Positions 25,295 through 35,136 of a stretch of 64,000 bases of DNA are shown here, piece after piece; position 1 is the stretch's first letter; the number at the start of each line of letters is the position of its first letter. Position numbers and translations under genes: made by a program. The DNA comes from a virus, in the IMG/VR virus record IMGVR_UViG_3300033153_010718, positions 1 through 64,000 of that record. One strand, given 5' to 3'. The notes under the pieces are model-generated. The model was given only the letters and a program-made list of their open reading frames with translations. It had not been told where the DNA came from and did no database searches.

Positions 25295-26653
25295 TTAGTA
25301 AAGGCTGCTGTACGAGAGACCTGTCCCCGGCGGCTTACGCTTCTTGCCGGCTGACTGTTTCGGCGCCGGCCGGCGCGGGGCCCGCTTCCGCGGCGTACGC
25401 AACGACGACAGCGACTGCGGCTTCTGCTTCTTGCCGCCCTTCGGCTTCCAGAGCTGCTCGATCGTGCGGAGCAGACCTTTGACGACCTCCGTCATGCGCG
25501 CGTTCAGGTTCGCCGCCCGGCCGAGCGGCAGCCACCTGGCGTCCTGCATCTCCGCGCTCGGATGCTTGTTCGTGCACTCGGGCTTGCCGTGATCCACGTG
25601 CGACGTGTCCGGCTTGCCGCCGGTGTACTTCATGACGAAGTAGTGCGTCGTGTTCCGCCACAGGAAGAACTTGCGGCAGAGCGCCTGCTTCTGATCTTCG
25701 ATGAAGGCCAAGTCGTCCTTGTTGTTGCCGACTGCCTTCCTGGCAGCCGCCATGACCGCGCCGATGTCGTACTTGCCGCTGTCGCCGAACGCGCTCTTGG
25801 TCACGTGCGCGTGCGAACCCGCGACCTTGGCTTTGACGCCGGCCTCCTCGCGCACCTCGCGCGCGGCCCCCTGCTTCAGCGACTCGCCCGGGTCGAGCCC
25901 GCCCTTCGGGAACACCCACTTGCCGCCGTACTTCTGCGCCGTCTTCGTCACGAGCACGGGCAGGTCCCACATGTTCTCCGACTCGAAGGTCTTGAACACG
26001 ATCCCGCCAGCTGCGGTGCGGTCCAGCGACTCGCCCATCTTCTTGATGATGCCGTAGAGCTTCGTCTCCTCGGGCGTGTACTTCTTGGGCTTGGGCTCGG
26101 GCGCCGGCGTATAGAGCGCGCTGCTCTTGCCCTTGCTCCCCCACCACGACGATGACGACGACTTCTTCTTCTTCTTCTTCTTCCAGTCGTCGTCGAAGTC
26201 GTCCCAGTCGTCGTCGCCGGCCAGCGCTGACAGCGCGAAGTTCTTGCCGCCCGGGATGTCCAGGTTCTTCGCGTGCGCGACGACCTTGCCCTGGGCGTTC
26301 ACGATGTAGGCGTCCTTGATCTTGCGGTCGATCGGCTTGCCTTCCTTCGCGAGCGCGACGAGCGCGTTGTAGATGTTGGCGTCGGTCGCCGAGCCCCAGC
26401 GCTTCTTCCAGCGCGAGACGATCTCCTTGCCGACGCGGAGTCGGAGCTGCGACTTCTCCGTCTTCGTTGGCGCCTTCGGCTTGGCCCCGCCGCTGAACGA
26501 GCCGCCGGCCGCGAGCCACTTCTTCCACGACACGCCGGACGGCTTCTTGCCCTTGTCCAGGTCCGCCTTCGTGATCTTGGGCGTCTTGAGCGGGCGGCGC
26601 GGGGTCAAGTGGCCGCGCGACTTCTTGGCTTCCAGCATCGTCATGCCCAGCAT
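25295..26653 (-). CDS. Nudix hydrolase domain protein with Lys-rich extensions (start uncertain)
   Basis: Nudix box FPKGGLDPGESLKQGAAREVREEAGV. Confidence 0.88.
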   Translation of the reverse strand: MLGMTMLEAKKSRGHLTPRRPLKTPKITKADLDKGKKPSGVSWKKWLAAGGSFSGGAKPKAPTKTEKSQLRLRVGKEIVSRWKKRWGSATDANIYNALVALAKEGKPIDRKIKDAYIVNAQGKVVAHAKNLDIPGGKNFALSALAGDDDWDDFDDDWKKKKKKKSSSSSWWGSKGKSSALYTPAPEPKPKKYTPEETKLYGIIKKMGESLDRTAAGGIVFKTFESENMWDLPVLVTKTAQKYGGKWVFPKGGLDPGESLKQGAAREVREEAGVKAKVAGSHAHVTKSAFGDSGKYDIGAVMAAARKAVGNNKDDLAFIEDQKQALCRKFFLWRNTTHYFVMKYTGGKPDTSHVDHGKPECTNKHPSAEMQDARWLPLGRAANLNARMTEVVKGLLRTIEQLWKPKGGKKQKPQSLSSLRTPRKRAPRRPAPKQSAGKKRKPPGTGLSYSSLY

Positions 26654-26804
26654 TCTAGCCGGACCGGCGCCCTGGCCGGTAGCACTCTCCATGGGAGCGC
26701 CGCGCGTGCGCCACGCCGATTGGCGCACGGCAGCGACTTGCTGTTCCGGGGGAGGGTCGCGAACCCCTAGCTGATCAGCCTAGCCGGCGCTCCCCGGGGG
26801 CGTA

Positions 26805-27143
26805 TCAGTCGTCGTCGTCGGAGTGCGGCCTGTCGTACCCCTCGACGCCCTGGGTGGTGCGCTTGGCAGTGCGCTCGTCGTCCCACATGATCGCGTCTTC
26901 GAGGTGCCTGATGACGATGCTGTTCTCCCGGCAGCGGAAGCTCTTGTTCAACATCTTGTAACGCGCAAGGCAGATGCGCAGCACCTGCGGAAGCTGCACG
27001 CCGTTGATGCCAAACTCCTTCACCGGTCCGTTCTGGAACTGGATCTGGAGATGGTCGCCGATGGCGACCTTGTCCCAATGACCGTTCGCATCGGCGTGCG
27101 TGTCGGGGGTGATATGAAACTCAGTCTTGAGCGTTTCGCTCAT
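26805..27143 (-). CDS. tad1: Tad1-like nucleotide-signal sponge (anti-Thoeris/anti-CBASS family)
   Basis: IQFQNGP...NGV...L...L.R....F.CRENS...HLEDAIMW..ERT.KR....VEG pattern. Confidence 0.8.
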   Translation of the reverse strand: MSETLKTEFHITPDTHADANGHWDKVAIGDHLQIQFQNGPVKEFGINGVQLPQVLRICLARYKMLNKSFRCRENSIVIRHLEDAIMWDDERTAKRTTQGVEGYDRPHSDDDD

Positions 27144-27199
27144 GGTGAACTACCTTTCCGGCCCGTTGTTCGAGCCGGCGGGAAGGTAGCACAACCGGC

Positions 27200-27469
27200 C
27201 TACACCGTGTTGTTGTCCCGCCTGGCGTACAGCTTCAGCATCTCGCTCAGGACGCGCGCGTTCCTCACGGCGCCTACGCCCGAATCGAGTCCTGTTCGCA
27301 GGATGTGCGCCGCCACCAGCTTGATCTTGGTGTCGCCGTGCGCCCAGATCTCGCTCCGAAAGTACTCGGGCGTGCGCTTGTCCAGGTCTCGCAGTGCGTG
27401 CAGAATCTCGAAGGGCACGGGCCTCGCCGATGTGTTGAGCTGCTCTGTTGGAATGGGCGCTGCCGCCAA
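27200..27469 (-). CDS. hypothetical protein
   Basis: 89-aa ORF in operon orientation. Confidence 0.6.
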   Translation of the reverse strand: MAAAPIPTEQLNTSARPVPFEILHALRDLDKRTPEYFRSEIWAHGDTKIKLVAAHILRTGLDSGVGAVRNARVLSEMLKLYARRDNNTV

Positions 27470-27513
27470 CCACCGGCGCCCTACAGGAGATTAGCGGCAT
27501 GGTGCGCAGTGCG

Positions 27514-28041
27514 CTAGGCGTCTGGCAACCGTCCGAGCAAATCGACCGCGGATTCCAGCTCTAGCCGCAGCTTGATGATCTGCGCGTGCAGGGTCGCCGC
27601 CTCCTTCGCCGCGTCCGGCTTCCAGAACGTGCCGCACTTCGCGCAGATCTCGCCATCGATCGCGATCGATTGCCCGCCGGACATCCCGTCCACGTACGCC
27701 TTGGTAGCCCACCCGTCGCTGGCCCCGTTGTTTACGAGAGGATCGCCTTGGATGGCGTTGCCGCACTGGACGGCGCTAATGGGAACGCCGACACCGGCGC
27801 CGGTGACGGGAACGCCGACGCTGGTGCCGCCGCCACCGCTAATGCCGCCGGCCAGCTGGATCGTCTTGCTGCCCTGTACCGACAGCCCCTGCCCCGCCTG
27901 GATAGGCGGGATCTTCTTCGGCAGCCTGGCCTTCTTGTCCAGAAGCTCGTCTCGGACGCGATGGAGCTTGTCCAACGAGACCCGATACCCGCAGGACGGG
28001 CACGGCGGGCCTGGCTCCACGCGTCCGAGGGGATCGCTCAC
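27514..28041 (-). CDS. hypothetical protein with two CxxC pairs and a Gly-rich linker
   Basis: GTGA overlap; CPSC, CAKC. Confidence 0.65.
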   Translation of the reverse strand: MSDPLGRVEPGPPCPSCGYRVSLDKLHRVRDELLDKKARLPKKIPPIQAGQGLSVQGSKTIQLAGGISGGGGTSVGVPVTGAGVGVPISAVQCGNAIQGDPLVNNGASDGWATKAYVDGMSGGQSIAIDGEICAKCGTFWKPDAAKEAATLHAQIIKLRLELESAVDLLGRLPDA

Positions 28042-28631
28042 GCGCCGGAGAGCCTCGCGAGGCGGGTGGGCGCCATGGCCTTCTGAACGGCTTCGGGGAG
28101 TCGCCCGAGGTTGTAGTTGGCGTGGAGCTTCTCCACGTAGGCGCGCAGCGTGCCCAGGTTCTCCTCGACCGCCAGCCGGTTGGGCCGCCCCGTCGTGCGG
28201 TTCTGCCTGCAGCCGAGCGTGAAGGCCACGTTGCGAACCGTCGTGTAACCGACCGTCCGCTCCCGCGTCTCGACGAGCTTGCGCGTTGCCGAAACGATCT
28301 GTCGCCTGTCGCGCTTGCCGAAGGTCAGCAGGAAGCCCATCGACGACCAGCCGCCCAGCTCGTGCCAGACCACCTCCTCCGGGAACAAGATGAACGCGCG
28401 CGCCGCGCGCGAGAGCATCTTGGCCGTGGCGCCGTGGGTTCCCATGTGGCTCACGCACCACGTGCGGAACTGCATGTCGCCGCTGCCGCCCCTCGGGAAC
28501 TCCTGCCGGACCTCGTGCGCGAGGCCGGCCGTCTCGAAATCCACCTTCGTCTGGAGCTTGGACAGTTCCCGCCATCGCTTGATGAACCGCCTCGCCTTGG
28601 CCCCGTCAATCTCCTGTTGCTTCTCTGCCAC
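28038..28631 (-). CDS. hypothetical protein
   Basis: GGAGGAG RBS; GTG start. Confidence 0.7.
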   Translation of the reverse strand: MAEKQQEIDGAKARRFIKRWRELSKLQTKVDFETAGLAHEVRQEFPRGGSGDMQFRTWCVSHMGTHGATAKMLSRAARAFILFPEEVVWHELGGWSSMGFLLTFGKRDRRQIVSATRKLVETRERTVGYTTVRNVAFTLGCRQNRTTGRPNRLAVEENLGTLRAYVEKLHANYNLGRLPEAVQKAMAPTRLARLSGA

Positions 28632-28703
28632 GATCTCCTCCTGCCGTGTTAGTTGGTTCTGTCGTCCTGCTCCTCGCAATCGGAGCAGGCGGAATCTAGC
28701 TCC

Positions 28704-29183
28704 TTAGCTGCCGAAACGGAAGTCGGCGAAATTGCCGCCCGCGCCTTTGTGCGCTCGTAGGGCTGCGCACACCAGCTCGCCCTGCTCGGTGAGCTTGACG
28801 ACTGGGTAGAGTCCGGTGCCGCCGACCTCGATCAAGCCGACGGCCTCCGCATCGTACATGGCATCCCAATCATCATGATCGGCCAGGTCCACGCCGCACG
28901 TGAGGCGCGTCGGGTACTTCGTCTCGTTGCCGTGCTCGTCCTCGAAGATTCGGAACGCGAGCCCCGGGTGCCGGTCGGCGTCGGTTCGCATGTGCTGCTT
29001 GGCCGGTACGCCCTTGTGGTCCACGGTGCGGCACTCCAGGTAGGCCAGCGTTGAGAAGTGGTCCTTCCCCCAGAGGGCCATCGGCACCGGCTTCCGGTCC
29101 GGCCACTCGCCGAGCGCGTCGGCCTGGACCTGGATTGCGGCTTTCGTGACTGCCCGAGGCTTACGCTTCTTGGTCTTTGGCAT
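28704..29183 (-). CDS. hypothetical phage protein (WGKDH..TLAY...HDDWD)
   Basis: GAGGAG RBS; well-formed ORF. Confidence 0.7.
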   Translation of the reverse strand: MPKTKKRKPRAVTKAAIQVQADALGEWPDRKPVPMALWGKDHFSTLAYLECRTVDHKGVPAKQHMRTDADRHPGLAFRIFEDEHGNETKYPTRLTCGVDLADHDDWDAMYDAEAVGLIEVGGTGLYPVVKLTEQGELVCAALRAHKGAGGNFADFRFGS

Positions 29184-29379
29184 CTGGCTTCCTCTCCTCA
29201 TCGCACTCGACCACGAACGGTCTGCGCTCGGTGTTCTCTAACCGCTGCCAGCCCGACCACAAGCCCGACGTCACGCGGTTGAGCACGTGCGAGATCGCCT
29301 CAGCGCCGGTCTCGGCAGACGTCCTGACGACAATGCTCTCGGACACCTCGCGCTGGAGCTTAATCGCCCAAACCGGCAT
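29161..29379 (-). CDS. hypothetical protein
   Basis: AAGGAG RBS. Confidence 0.6.
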   Translation of the reverse strand: MPVWAIKLQREVSESIVVRTSAETGAEAISHVLNRVTSGLWSGWQRLENTERRPFVVECDEERKPDAKDQEA

Positions 29380-29569
29380 CTGGATTCTCCTTGTCGTTGC
29401 GCACGATCTCAGCCAATTCGTCCACCGCCGACGCCTTCGGGCACGGGAAGGCCAACCTGCCCCAACCGCCGGGCACCTGATCGGTCGCGCCGCACTTCTC
29501 GCAGATCTCGTCGAAGGAGCTGGCGCCGAACGAGAATCGCGTCTTGTGGCTCGGGTGGAGACCGCTCAC
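29360..29569 (-). CDS. small Zn-ribbon protein with shared motif (SAVDELAEIV)
   Basis: CEKC...C; motif near the C-terminus. Confidence 0.7.
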   Translation of the reverse strand: MSGLHPSHKTRFSFGASSFDEICEKCGATDQVPGGWGRLAFPCPKASAVDELAEIVRNDKENPDAGLGD

Positions 29570-29573
29570 GGCG

Positions 29574-30056
29574 CTAGTCCGTTCCCGTGTGACCGAAGCC
29601 GCCCTCGCCGCGGAGCGTGGTGGACAGCTTCTCGCCTGGCGCGAGCCGCGCGACGTGGGCGCGCGCGACGGGCGCGACCACGAGCTGCGCGATACGCATG
29701 CCGTGCTCGACCGCGAATGGGGTGGCGCCGTGGTTGATCAGGATGACCTGGATTTCGCCACGGTAGTCGCTGTCGATGGTTCCCGGGGCGTTGGCCACGG
29801 TGATCCCGTGCTTGAGCGCCAGACCGCTGCGCGGCCTGATCTGGCCCTCGAACCCGTGGGGGATCGCCATCCGCAATCCGGTCGGAATGAGTGTGCGCTC
29901 GCCGACGTAGACCTTGGGAACGAGCACGCTGAGTGGGCCTTTGGGCCTCAGAGCGGCCCGCAGGTCGAGCCCAGCTGCCCCTCCGGTCTTGTAGCTGGGC
30001 GGCTCCAGCCCCTCGGCGTGCGGCAACATCTCGATCAGCAGCTCAGGTTCGGGCAT
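29574..30056 (-). CDS. dut: dUTPase (trimeric)
   Basis: all five motifs: [35 protein letters not shown]. Confidence 0.97.
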   Translation of the reverse strand: MPEPELLIEMLPHAEGLEPPSYKTGGAAGLDLRAALRPKGPLSVLVPKVYVGERTLIPTGLRMAIPHGFEGQIRPRSGLALKHGITVANAPGTIDSDYRGEIQVILINHGATPFAVEHGMRIAQLVVAPVARAHVARLAPGEKLSTTLRGEGGFGHTGTD

Positions 30057-30072
30057 TGGCCCTCCGGGGTGT

Positions 30073-30081
30073 GTTCTACCC
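30073..30081 (-). promoter_or_regulatory. GGGTAGAAC element (leadered; GGAGG RBS follows)
   Basis: recurrent motif upstream of dut. Confidence 0.7.
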
Positions 30082-30101
30082 CGGTCGAGCGTTTCCGAGA
30101 G

Positions 30102-33100
30102 CTATTTCTTGCGTGTGCGCAGCGATTTGAGCGACCGCCGCTTGAGCCCCTCCGGTGCCTGCTCCCCAACGATCACCCGGTCGAACAGCGACTCCTCCGA
30201 GAGCTTGTCGAGGATGGTCGTCCGCCACTTGCCGGTCTTCTTGCTGCCGTAGTTGTAGGCCCCGGCGCGCTTGTGGCGATCGAACAGGGCGCCATCGCGC
30301 ATGTCGCTGGCGCCGCCGGTCCCCTGGAGCGGCGTGTCGAAGTCGATGAACAGCCCGTGCGCGCCACTGAGCGGCGACACGCGGCCTGTGAACTCCTGCC
30401 CCAGGAAAACGCCCTTGATGCGGTCACCCTTGCTCAAGGTGCCCTGGTAGCCTCCCTCCTTCTCGGCCTTGATCTTCAGCTTGAGGGTCTTGAGAGCATC
30501 GGCCACGGTCTTGCCGGCCTTGCTGACCGCGAGCAGGTAGTTGGGCTCGCCTTTGGGCGAGAGCTGCACAGCCCACCGCCGCGGTCCCAGGTTCAGGACC
30601 GAGAGCACGTAGAGGTTCCCGTAGGCCAGCTTGGTCGAGCCGGTCGGCACGAGGTACGCGCTGTAGCTCGTCTTTGACCCGTAGGAGGGGTGCCCCGGCG
30701 ACATCTTCATGTCGAGCTTGAGCCGCTTCTTGATGATCCCGACGATGTTCTTGTCGAGCCACGCCTTCGCGGAGTCGGGCAGGAAGTCGGTGGCCTCGGT
30801 CAGCCCGACATCCTGCTCCGACAGCCTCAGCGAGTTCATGTAGGCGTCTGCCCATATCTCCGCAAGCTGTTCCACGACGGCGACACCCTTGGGCGTAAGA
30901 GTGAAGACCGTGTAGGTGCCTTTGTCGTCTTGAGGACCACCAGCGAATTCTCGCGTCCCCAACCCACGTTGCTGCATCGAACTCGCGAACGTGTCGTGCA
31001 CCTCGATCTTCTTGCGCTTGTGCCCCGGCTGCGTAAACCCGCGCAGGACTGCGCGCAATTCGTAGATAGCGAGCAGGCCGGCGACCTGCTTGGCGGTCAG
31101 CTTGTGCGACTTGGCGAGCTTGCTCTTGCTCGCCGCTGCGTCGGCGATCTTCAGCGCTGCGCGCTTTGCGTTGAACGACGCTTTGACGCCTTTCGCCCTA
31201 CCGTAGAGAACATCTGCCTCGGTCAGCGCTGACGCGTCGAGTTCCAGCTCCTCCATCGTGCGGTCCAGATTCGCCGGCATTGATCGTTCTCCGGTCGGTT
31301 GGTCGATGGCCGTCTTACCCAGCAGCGTGCGATACTTCTCCCAGCCCCAGACTTCAAGCTCGGTCACGCGCCAGGAGCCTTCGGGCCTCGGCCCCTTGTA
31401 GGGCAGCTCATCCGCGTCCACGTAGGCCAGCGTCGCATGGGTCTTGAACTGCTCGGCGTAGGGCAGCTCAGCCTCTTCGGGCCCGTAGGTGTGTGCGATC
31501 GGGATTCCGGCCGCCTCCGCTGCCATGCGCAGATCAGAGTGCAGGCCGCCCAGGTTCGGCGTCGCGCCCATGTGCGGAATCGTCTGCCCGTCGTTATTCA
31601 CGAACTCGCTGTAGTGCTTCATGGTCATCGTGAACGGCTCGTACCCGCGCGAGACGCGCCTGACGACCTTGACCAGCTTGTCGTAGTCCGCGGCCGACAG
31701 GTCACCGGCGAACAGCAGCGTGTAGTGCGGAACCGAGTCGTCCTCTTCGCTCTTGTCCGGGAACAGCCGGGCGATGTTGTGCGGCACCGGCAGGAAGACG
31801 CCGCAGGTCGTGTTGTCGTTGGCGTCGGCCTCGCGTTCTTCGTCCAGCACGTCCAGCTCCTCGTCTTCTTCCGACTCGCGCACCTGCCCGAACAGCCGCC
31901 GCACCATCGCCTGCAGGAACTCCGACGGCTTGCGCCCGCGCTTGCTTCTCGCGCGACGCAATAGCGTACCGGTCACGGCCTCGGGCCACGCCTCCCTCGG
32001 CGTCGCGTTGGCGTAGTTGGTCGGCAGCTCATCGGTGTGCTTCTTCTTCTCCAACCAGGCGACAAGGTAGTCGTAGTCTTGGTAGGCGTACTGGTCCTGG
32101 AACCACCAGGACAACGACCCTACGAGCGTGGCGTCGTCGCCTTTCAGGCTGTAGTCACGGCCCCAGGAAGACGGAACGGTGTCCATTACCTTGAAACGGT
32201 CGTCCTTCCGGCGTTTGGCCACGTCGGTCACGATGCCGAGCTTCATGTCTCTGGTGAGCGGCTTGCCCATCGCCCAGAGCATCTTGTTCCAGAAGTTCCG
32301 ACCGTTCGCCGACAGCCCCTTGTAGTAGACCCGGTGTGCCAGCTCGTGCACGAGCGTCCAAGAGGCGTCCGCTATACCAACATCGCGAACCTTTCCGTCC
32401 GCAAGACCGATCTGGTCCGCGTAGACGATCAGCCGATTCGTACTGCTGCTGTAGCGGCCGGCTGAGCCGTCGGTCTTGTCGCGCCACATGAGCGTTACCG
32501 GACCGGCCAACCCCTTCGACCCGACGCCCGCTTGCTGGTAGAGCTTCAACGCTAACCCGCAGGCGTGGCGGAAGAAATCGTAACTCTTCCGCAACTCGTC
32601 ACCGTCGGCTTCGAGCTGGCGTTGGCCGAATTCGGCGTAGAGCAGCATTGGGCCGGCGCGCCCTAGTTCCACGCGATGCCGCTTCGTATCGGCAACCTTC
32701 TTCGCGAAAAACGGATACGCCCGGTGGAGCCAGTCGATACCAAAGTCAACTGCGCGTCGGATTTCGTGCACGCGCTGCATGACAGTCGTCTCGACGACGT
32801 ACCAGTTCAGTTTGTAGTAGGCTTTCTGCTCGCCACCACCTACGCGGTCGCCGATTTCTCGTAGATGCTTGGAACCTTCGCCCAGCCGCTCGATAGCCCA
32901 CTCCAGCGGTCCGGTGGAGTTGCTGCCGTAGCTGATACCAATGACGCTCTGGACACCGCGGTGAAAGATCATCCACAGGTCGCTTGCGGGGCTGCCGTGC
33001 CCAGCAGCGGCCAGGACATTGCGCGGCGTTCGCATGTCGTAGAGCTTGACCGCCGCCGCATCAAGCGAAGCCAGCGGCGAATTGGCCTTGTCAATCACAT

Positions 33101-34019
33101 CGGCAGCGCTGTGCGCCCACGCTTTGAATACCTGCTGCCACTTCTCCTCTGTGCCAGCTTCGTGACCGCCAAACGCATAGCCGGGAGGACTGGGAAGCGA
33201 CTTGTTGAGCTTCTTGATCGCAGTCTCGAATTCGCGTGCCGCTTTCACGCCCTTGCGCGCGGGCGCGAGTATCGCCTTCCAGTCCTTCGGCAGATCGCCG
33301 GCCTTCGCGCGCGGGTATTTCTTGAGGAGCTGCTTGTCGGACTTGTCGGCCTCGATCAGCGTAGTCGGCCGCGGCTCGCCAGCTGCGCGGGCGAAGAGGT
33401 TGACCGCATCGAGCGCGGCCTCCTGCTTTGGCGAGTAGCTGTTCTGTACCCGGAGTCGGCCGGCCTTCTTCCGAACAGGCTCCTCGTAGTGAACCCAAAC
33501 CACGTCGTTCGACTTCTTCGCCGCGAACGCCTGAGCATCCTTCTTGTGCCGGAAGGCGACGATGCCGCGGCCGTCGGCCCAGAGCATGACGAACGCCTTG
33601 CCCTCCTCGGCGGTCGCCGGCCACTCCGGCTTGAAGTCGGCGCTCTCCGCGTGAATGAGCGGAGCGCCCCGCGCGAACTTCTTCTGCGTCTGCATGTCGT
33701 CCATGCGCGCCGAGATCGGGTCGGCGCACGCCTGGCAGAGGTAGGACCACCTGCCCCACGCGCCCTTACGCATCGTGGTCGCCGCAATCTGGCCCCGTCC
33801 CGCGTGCCGGCACTTCTCGCACCCCGCCCCGCTCGGCGGCACCGCCTCGACGACGCCCTCCCGCTTGACGCCGGGAATCCCTCCCCGGTGCCCCCAAAGG
33901 CGCGCGCGGACCTCTTGCCACATCTCGCTGTTGACTTCCCGGGAAGCGCCCACGATGTCATCGGCGAGCTTCTGGTCCTCGGAACTCAGATCCTCGGTCA
34001 GCCGCGCGAAGAGGCTCAC
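30102..34019 (-). CDS. large polyvalent protein (~1305 aa): HExxH zincin-like peptidase plus 2H phosphoesterase (Acb1-like) domains
   Basis: LVHELAH...PREAWPE; PHYTL and THATL HxT pair; N-terminal MSLFARLTE; repeated L/I-x-E linkers. Confidence 0.8.
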   Translation of the reverse strand: MSLFARLTEDLSSEDQKLADDIVGASREVNSEMWQEVRARLWGHRGGIPGVKREGVVEAVPPSGAGCEKCRHAGRGQIAATTMRKGAWGRWSYLCQACADPISARMDDMQTQKKFARGAPLIHAESADFKPEWPATAEEGKAFVMLWADGRGIVAFRHKKDAQAFAAKKSNDVVWVHYEEPVRKKAGRLRVQNSYSPKQEAALDAVNLFARAAGEPRPTTLIEADKSDKQLLKKYPRAKAGDLPKDWKAILAPARKGVKAAREFETAIKKLNKSLPSPPGYAFGGHEAGTEEKWQQVFKAWAHSAADVIDKANSPLASLDAAAVKLYDMRTPRNVLAAAGHGSPASDLWMIFHRGVQSVIGISYGSNSTGPLEWAIERLGEGSKHLREIGDRVGGGEQKAYYKLNWYVVETTVMQRVHEIRRAVDFGIDWLHRAYPFFAKKVADTKRHRVELGRAGPMLLYAEFGQRQLEADGDELRKSYDFFRHACGLALKLYQQAGVGSKGLAGPVTLMWRDKTDGSAGRYSSSTNRLIVYADQIGLADGKVRDVGIADASWTLVHELAHRVYYKGLSANGRNFWNKMLWAMGKPLTRDMKLGIVTDVAKRRKDDRFKVMDTVPSSWGRDYSLKGDDATLVGSLSWWFQDQYAYQDYDYLVAWLEKKKHTDELPTNYANATPREAWPEAVTGTLLRRARSKRGRKPSEFLQAMVRRLFGQVRESEEDEELDVLDEEREADANDNTTCGVFLPVPHNIARLFPDKSEEDDSVPHYTLLFAGDLSAADYDKLVKVVRRVSRGYEPFTMTMKHYSEFVNNDGQTIPHMGATPNLGGLHSDLRMAAEAAGIPIAHTYGPEEAELPYAEQFKTHATLAYVDADELPYKGPRPEGSWRVTELEVWGWEKYRTLLGKTAIDQPTGERSMPANLDRTMEELELDASALTEADVLYGRAKGVKASFNAKRAALKIADAAASKSKLAKSHKLTAKQVAGLLAIYELRAVLRGFTQPGHKRKKIEVHDTFASSMQQRGLGTREFAGGPQDDKGTYTVFTLTPKGVAVVEQLAEIWADAYMNSLRLSEQDVGLTEATDFLPDSAKAWLDKNIVGIIKKRLKLDMKMSPGHPSYGSKTSYSAYLVPTGSTKLAYGNLYVLSVLNLGPRRWAVQLSPKGEPNYLLAVSKAGKTVADALKTLKLKIKAEKEGGYQGTLSKGDRIKGVFLGQEFTGRVSPLSGAHGLFIDFDTPLQGTGGASDMRDGALFDRHKRAGAYNYGSKKTGKWRTTILDKLSEESLFDRVIVGEQAPEGLKRRSLKSLRTRKK

Positions 34020-34510
34020 CTGACCTCCATCCTGAAAGGCCCATCGCCGTCGATGCCGAAGCGCTTGCGATACTGCCGGTCGTCGGGGTCCACAACGACC
34101 TCGAACGAGTGGCCAACACCGGCGGTGTCGCGAATGTACTCCAGGAGCTTCCGCAAGCCGCCCTCGTCGCCGCGCACGGAGACCTTGAAGCTCGTGTCCC
34201 ACTCCTTCTCTTCGATGACGATCGGCGTACCCCGCTCACCGCGCTTGACCTTGAACACCGCGTCGCCGCCGGTGCTGACGTAAGCGCCCTCAACGAACGG
34301 CCGACCCAACAAGCTCTTGAGCTTGGCGAAAATACGGTCACGAACCTGGCCCTGGTTGAACCCTTCCTCGGTTCGCGGCCCCAGAATCTCCGTCCACTCC
34401 TCGTGGTTGAACAGGTAGCACGGGTCCACGACGATCACCGACCCGGTGTCCACCGGCACGTCGTACTGGCCGAACTCTCCTTCGCACAGCACGCGATCGT
34501 AGAGGCTCAT
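34016..34510 (-). CDS. two-domain protein with N-terminal MSLYDRVLCE motif
   Basis: VDTG.V.VVDPCY domain; second domain after IVIEE. Confidence 0.75.
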   Translation of the reverse strand: MSLYDRVLCEGEFGQYDVPVDTGSVIVVDPCYLFNHEEWTEILGPRTEEGFNQGQVRDRIFAKLKSLLGRPFVEGAYVSTGGDAVFKVKRGERGTPIVIEEKEWDTSFKVSVRGDEGGLRKLLEYIRDTAGVGHSFEVVVDPDDRQYRKRFGIDGDGPFRMEVR

Positions 34511-35136
34511 TTCGCCGCCTTCTTCTTGATGGTCTTGAGCGGCCGGCGCTCTGGCCAGCTGGACTCTTGCCGGTTCCGCTTTCTGGCCCGGTTCCGCTTG
34601 GCGAGCCACTTCTCGTAGACCTTGGTGCCCGGCTTGAGCAGGCTCACGGCCACGGAACCGCAGCGCTCGGCGCGCTCCTCGGACCACTGGCGTTTCTTGG
34701 AGCCCCTCTTCTCGCGCGCGCTGATGGCCGCGTCGAGCTTGCGCCTGAGCGCCGCCGCCTGAGCCGCAGTCTCCGGTCCCTGCTTGCCGGAGTTGAGCCG
34801 CTGGAGCTGCGAAAGCACCCGACTGACGTCATCCTCACCGAGCCGCCCGCACCCGCCGACGTCCTCAGCCAGCTTCGACGCCATCTCGATCAGCTTCACG
34901 ATCGGCACCACGTAGTCGAGGCCCGTCATGTAGCGCAAGCGGTGCTTGCGGATCTCGTCGGCCAGCTTCGGGTAGTCCTTGCAGCACTCCTCGGCGGCCT
35001 CGGCCATGTGACCAACGGCGAGCCACCGGTGCGCGGGATAGTCCTGCCGCGTCTCGGACATCAGCGCGGCGGCTTGGCCGAGGTGCTTCAAAACACAAAG
35101 GAGGCAACTTTCCCTTAGCTCCTGGAGAACCTTCAT
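34507..35136 (-). CDS. hypothetical protein (MKVLQELRE...), basic C-terminus
   Basis: TGATG coupling. Confidence 0.7.
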   Translation of the reverse strand: MKVLQELRESCLLCVLKHLGQAAALMSETRQDYPAHRWLAVGHMAEAAEECCKDYPKLADEIRKHRLRYMTGLDYVVPIVKLIEMASKLAEDVGGCGRLGEDDVSRVLSQLQRLNSGKQGPETAAQAAALRRKLDAAISAREKRGSKKRQWSEERAERCGSVAVSLLKPGTKVYEKWLAKRNRARKRNRQESSWPERRPLKTIKKKAAK

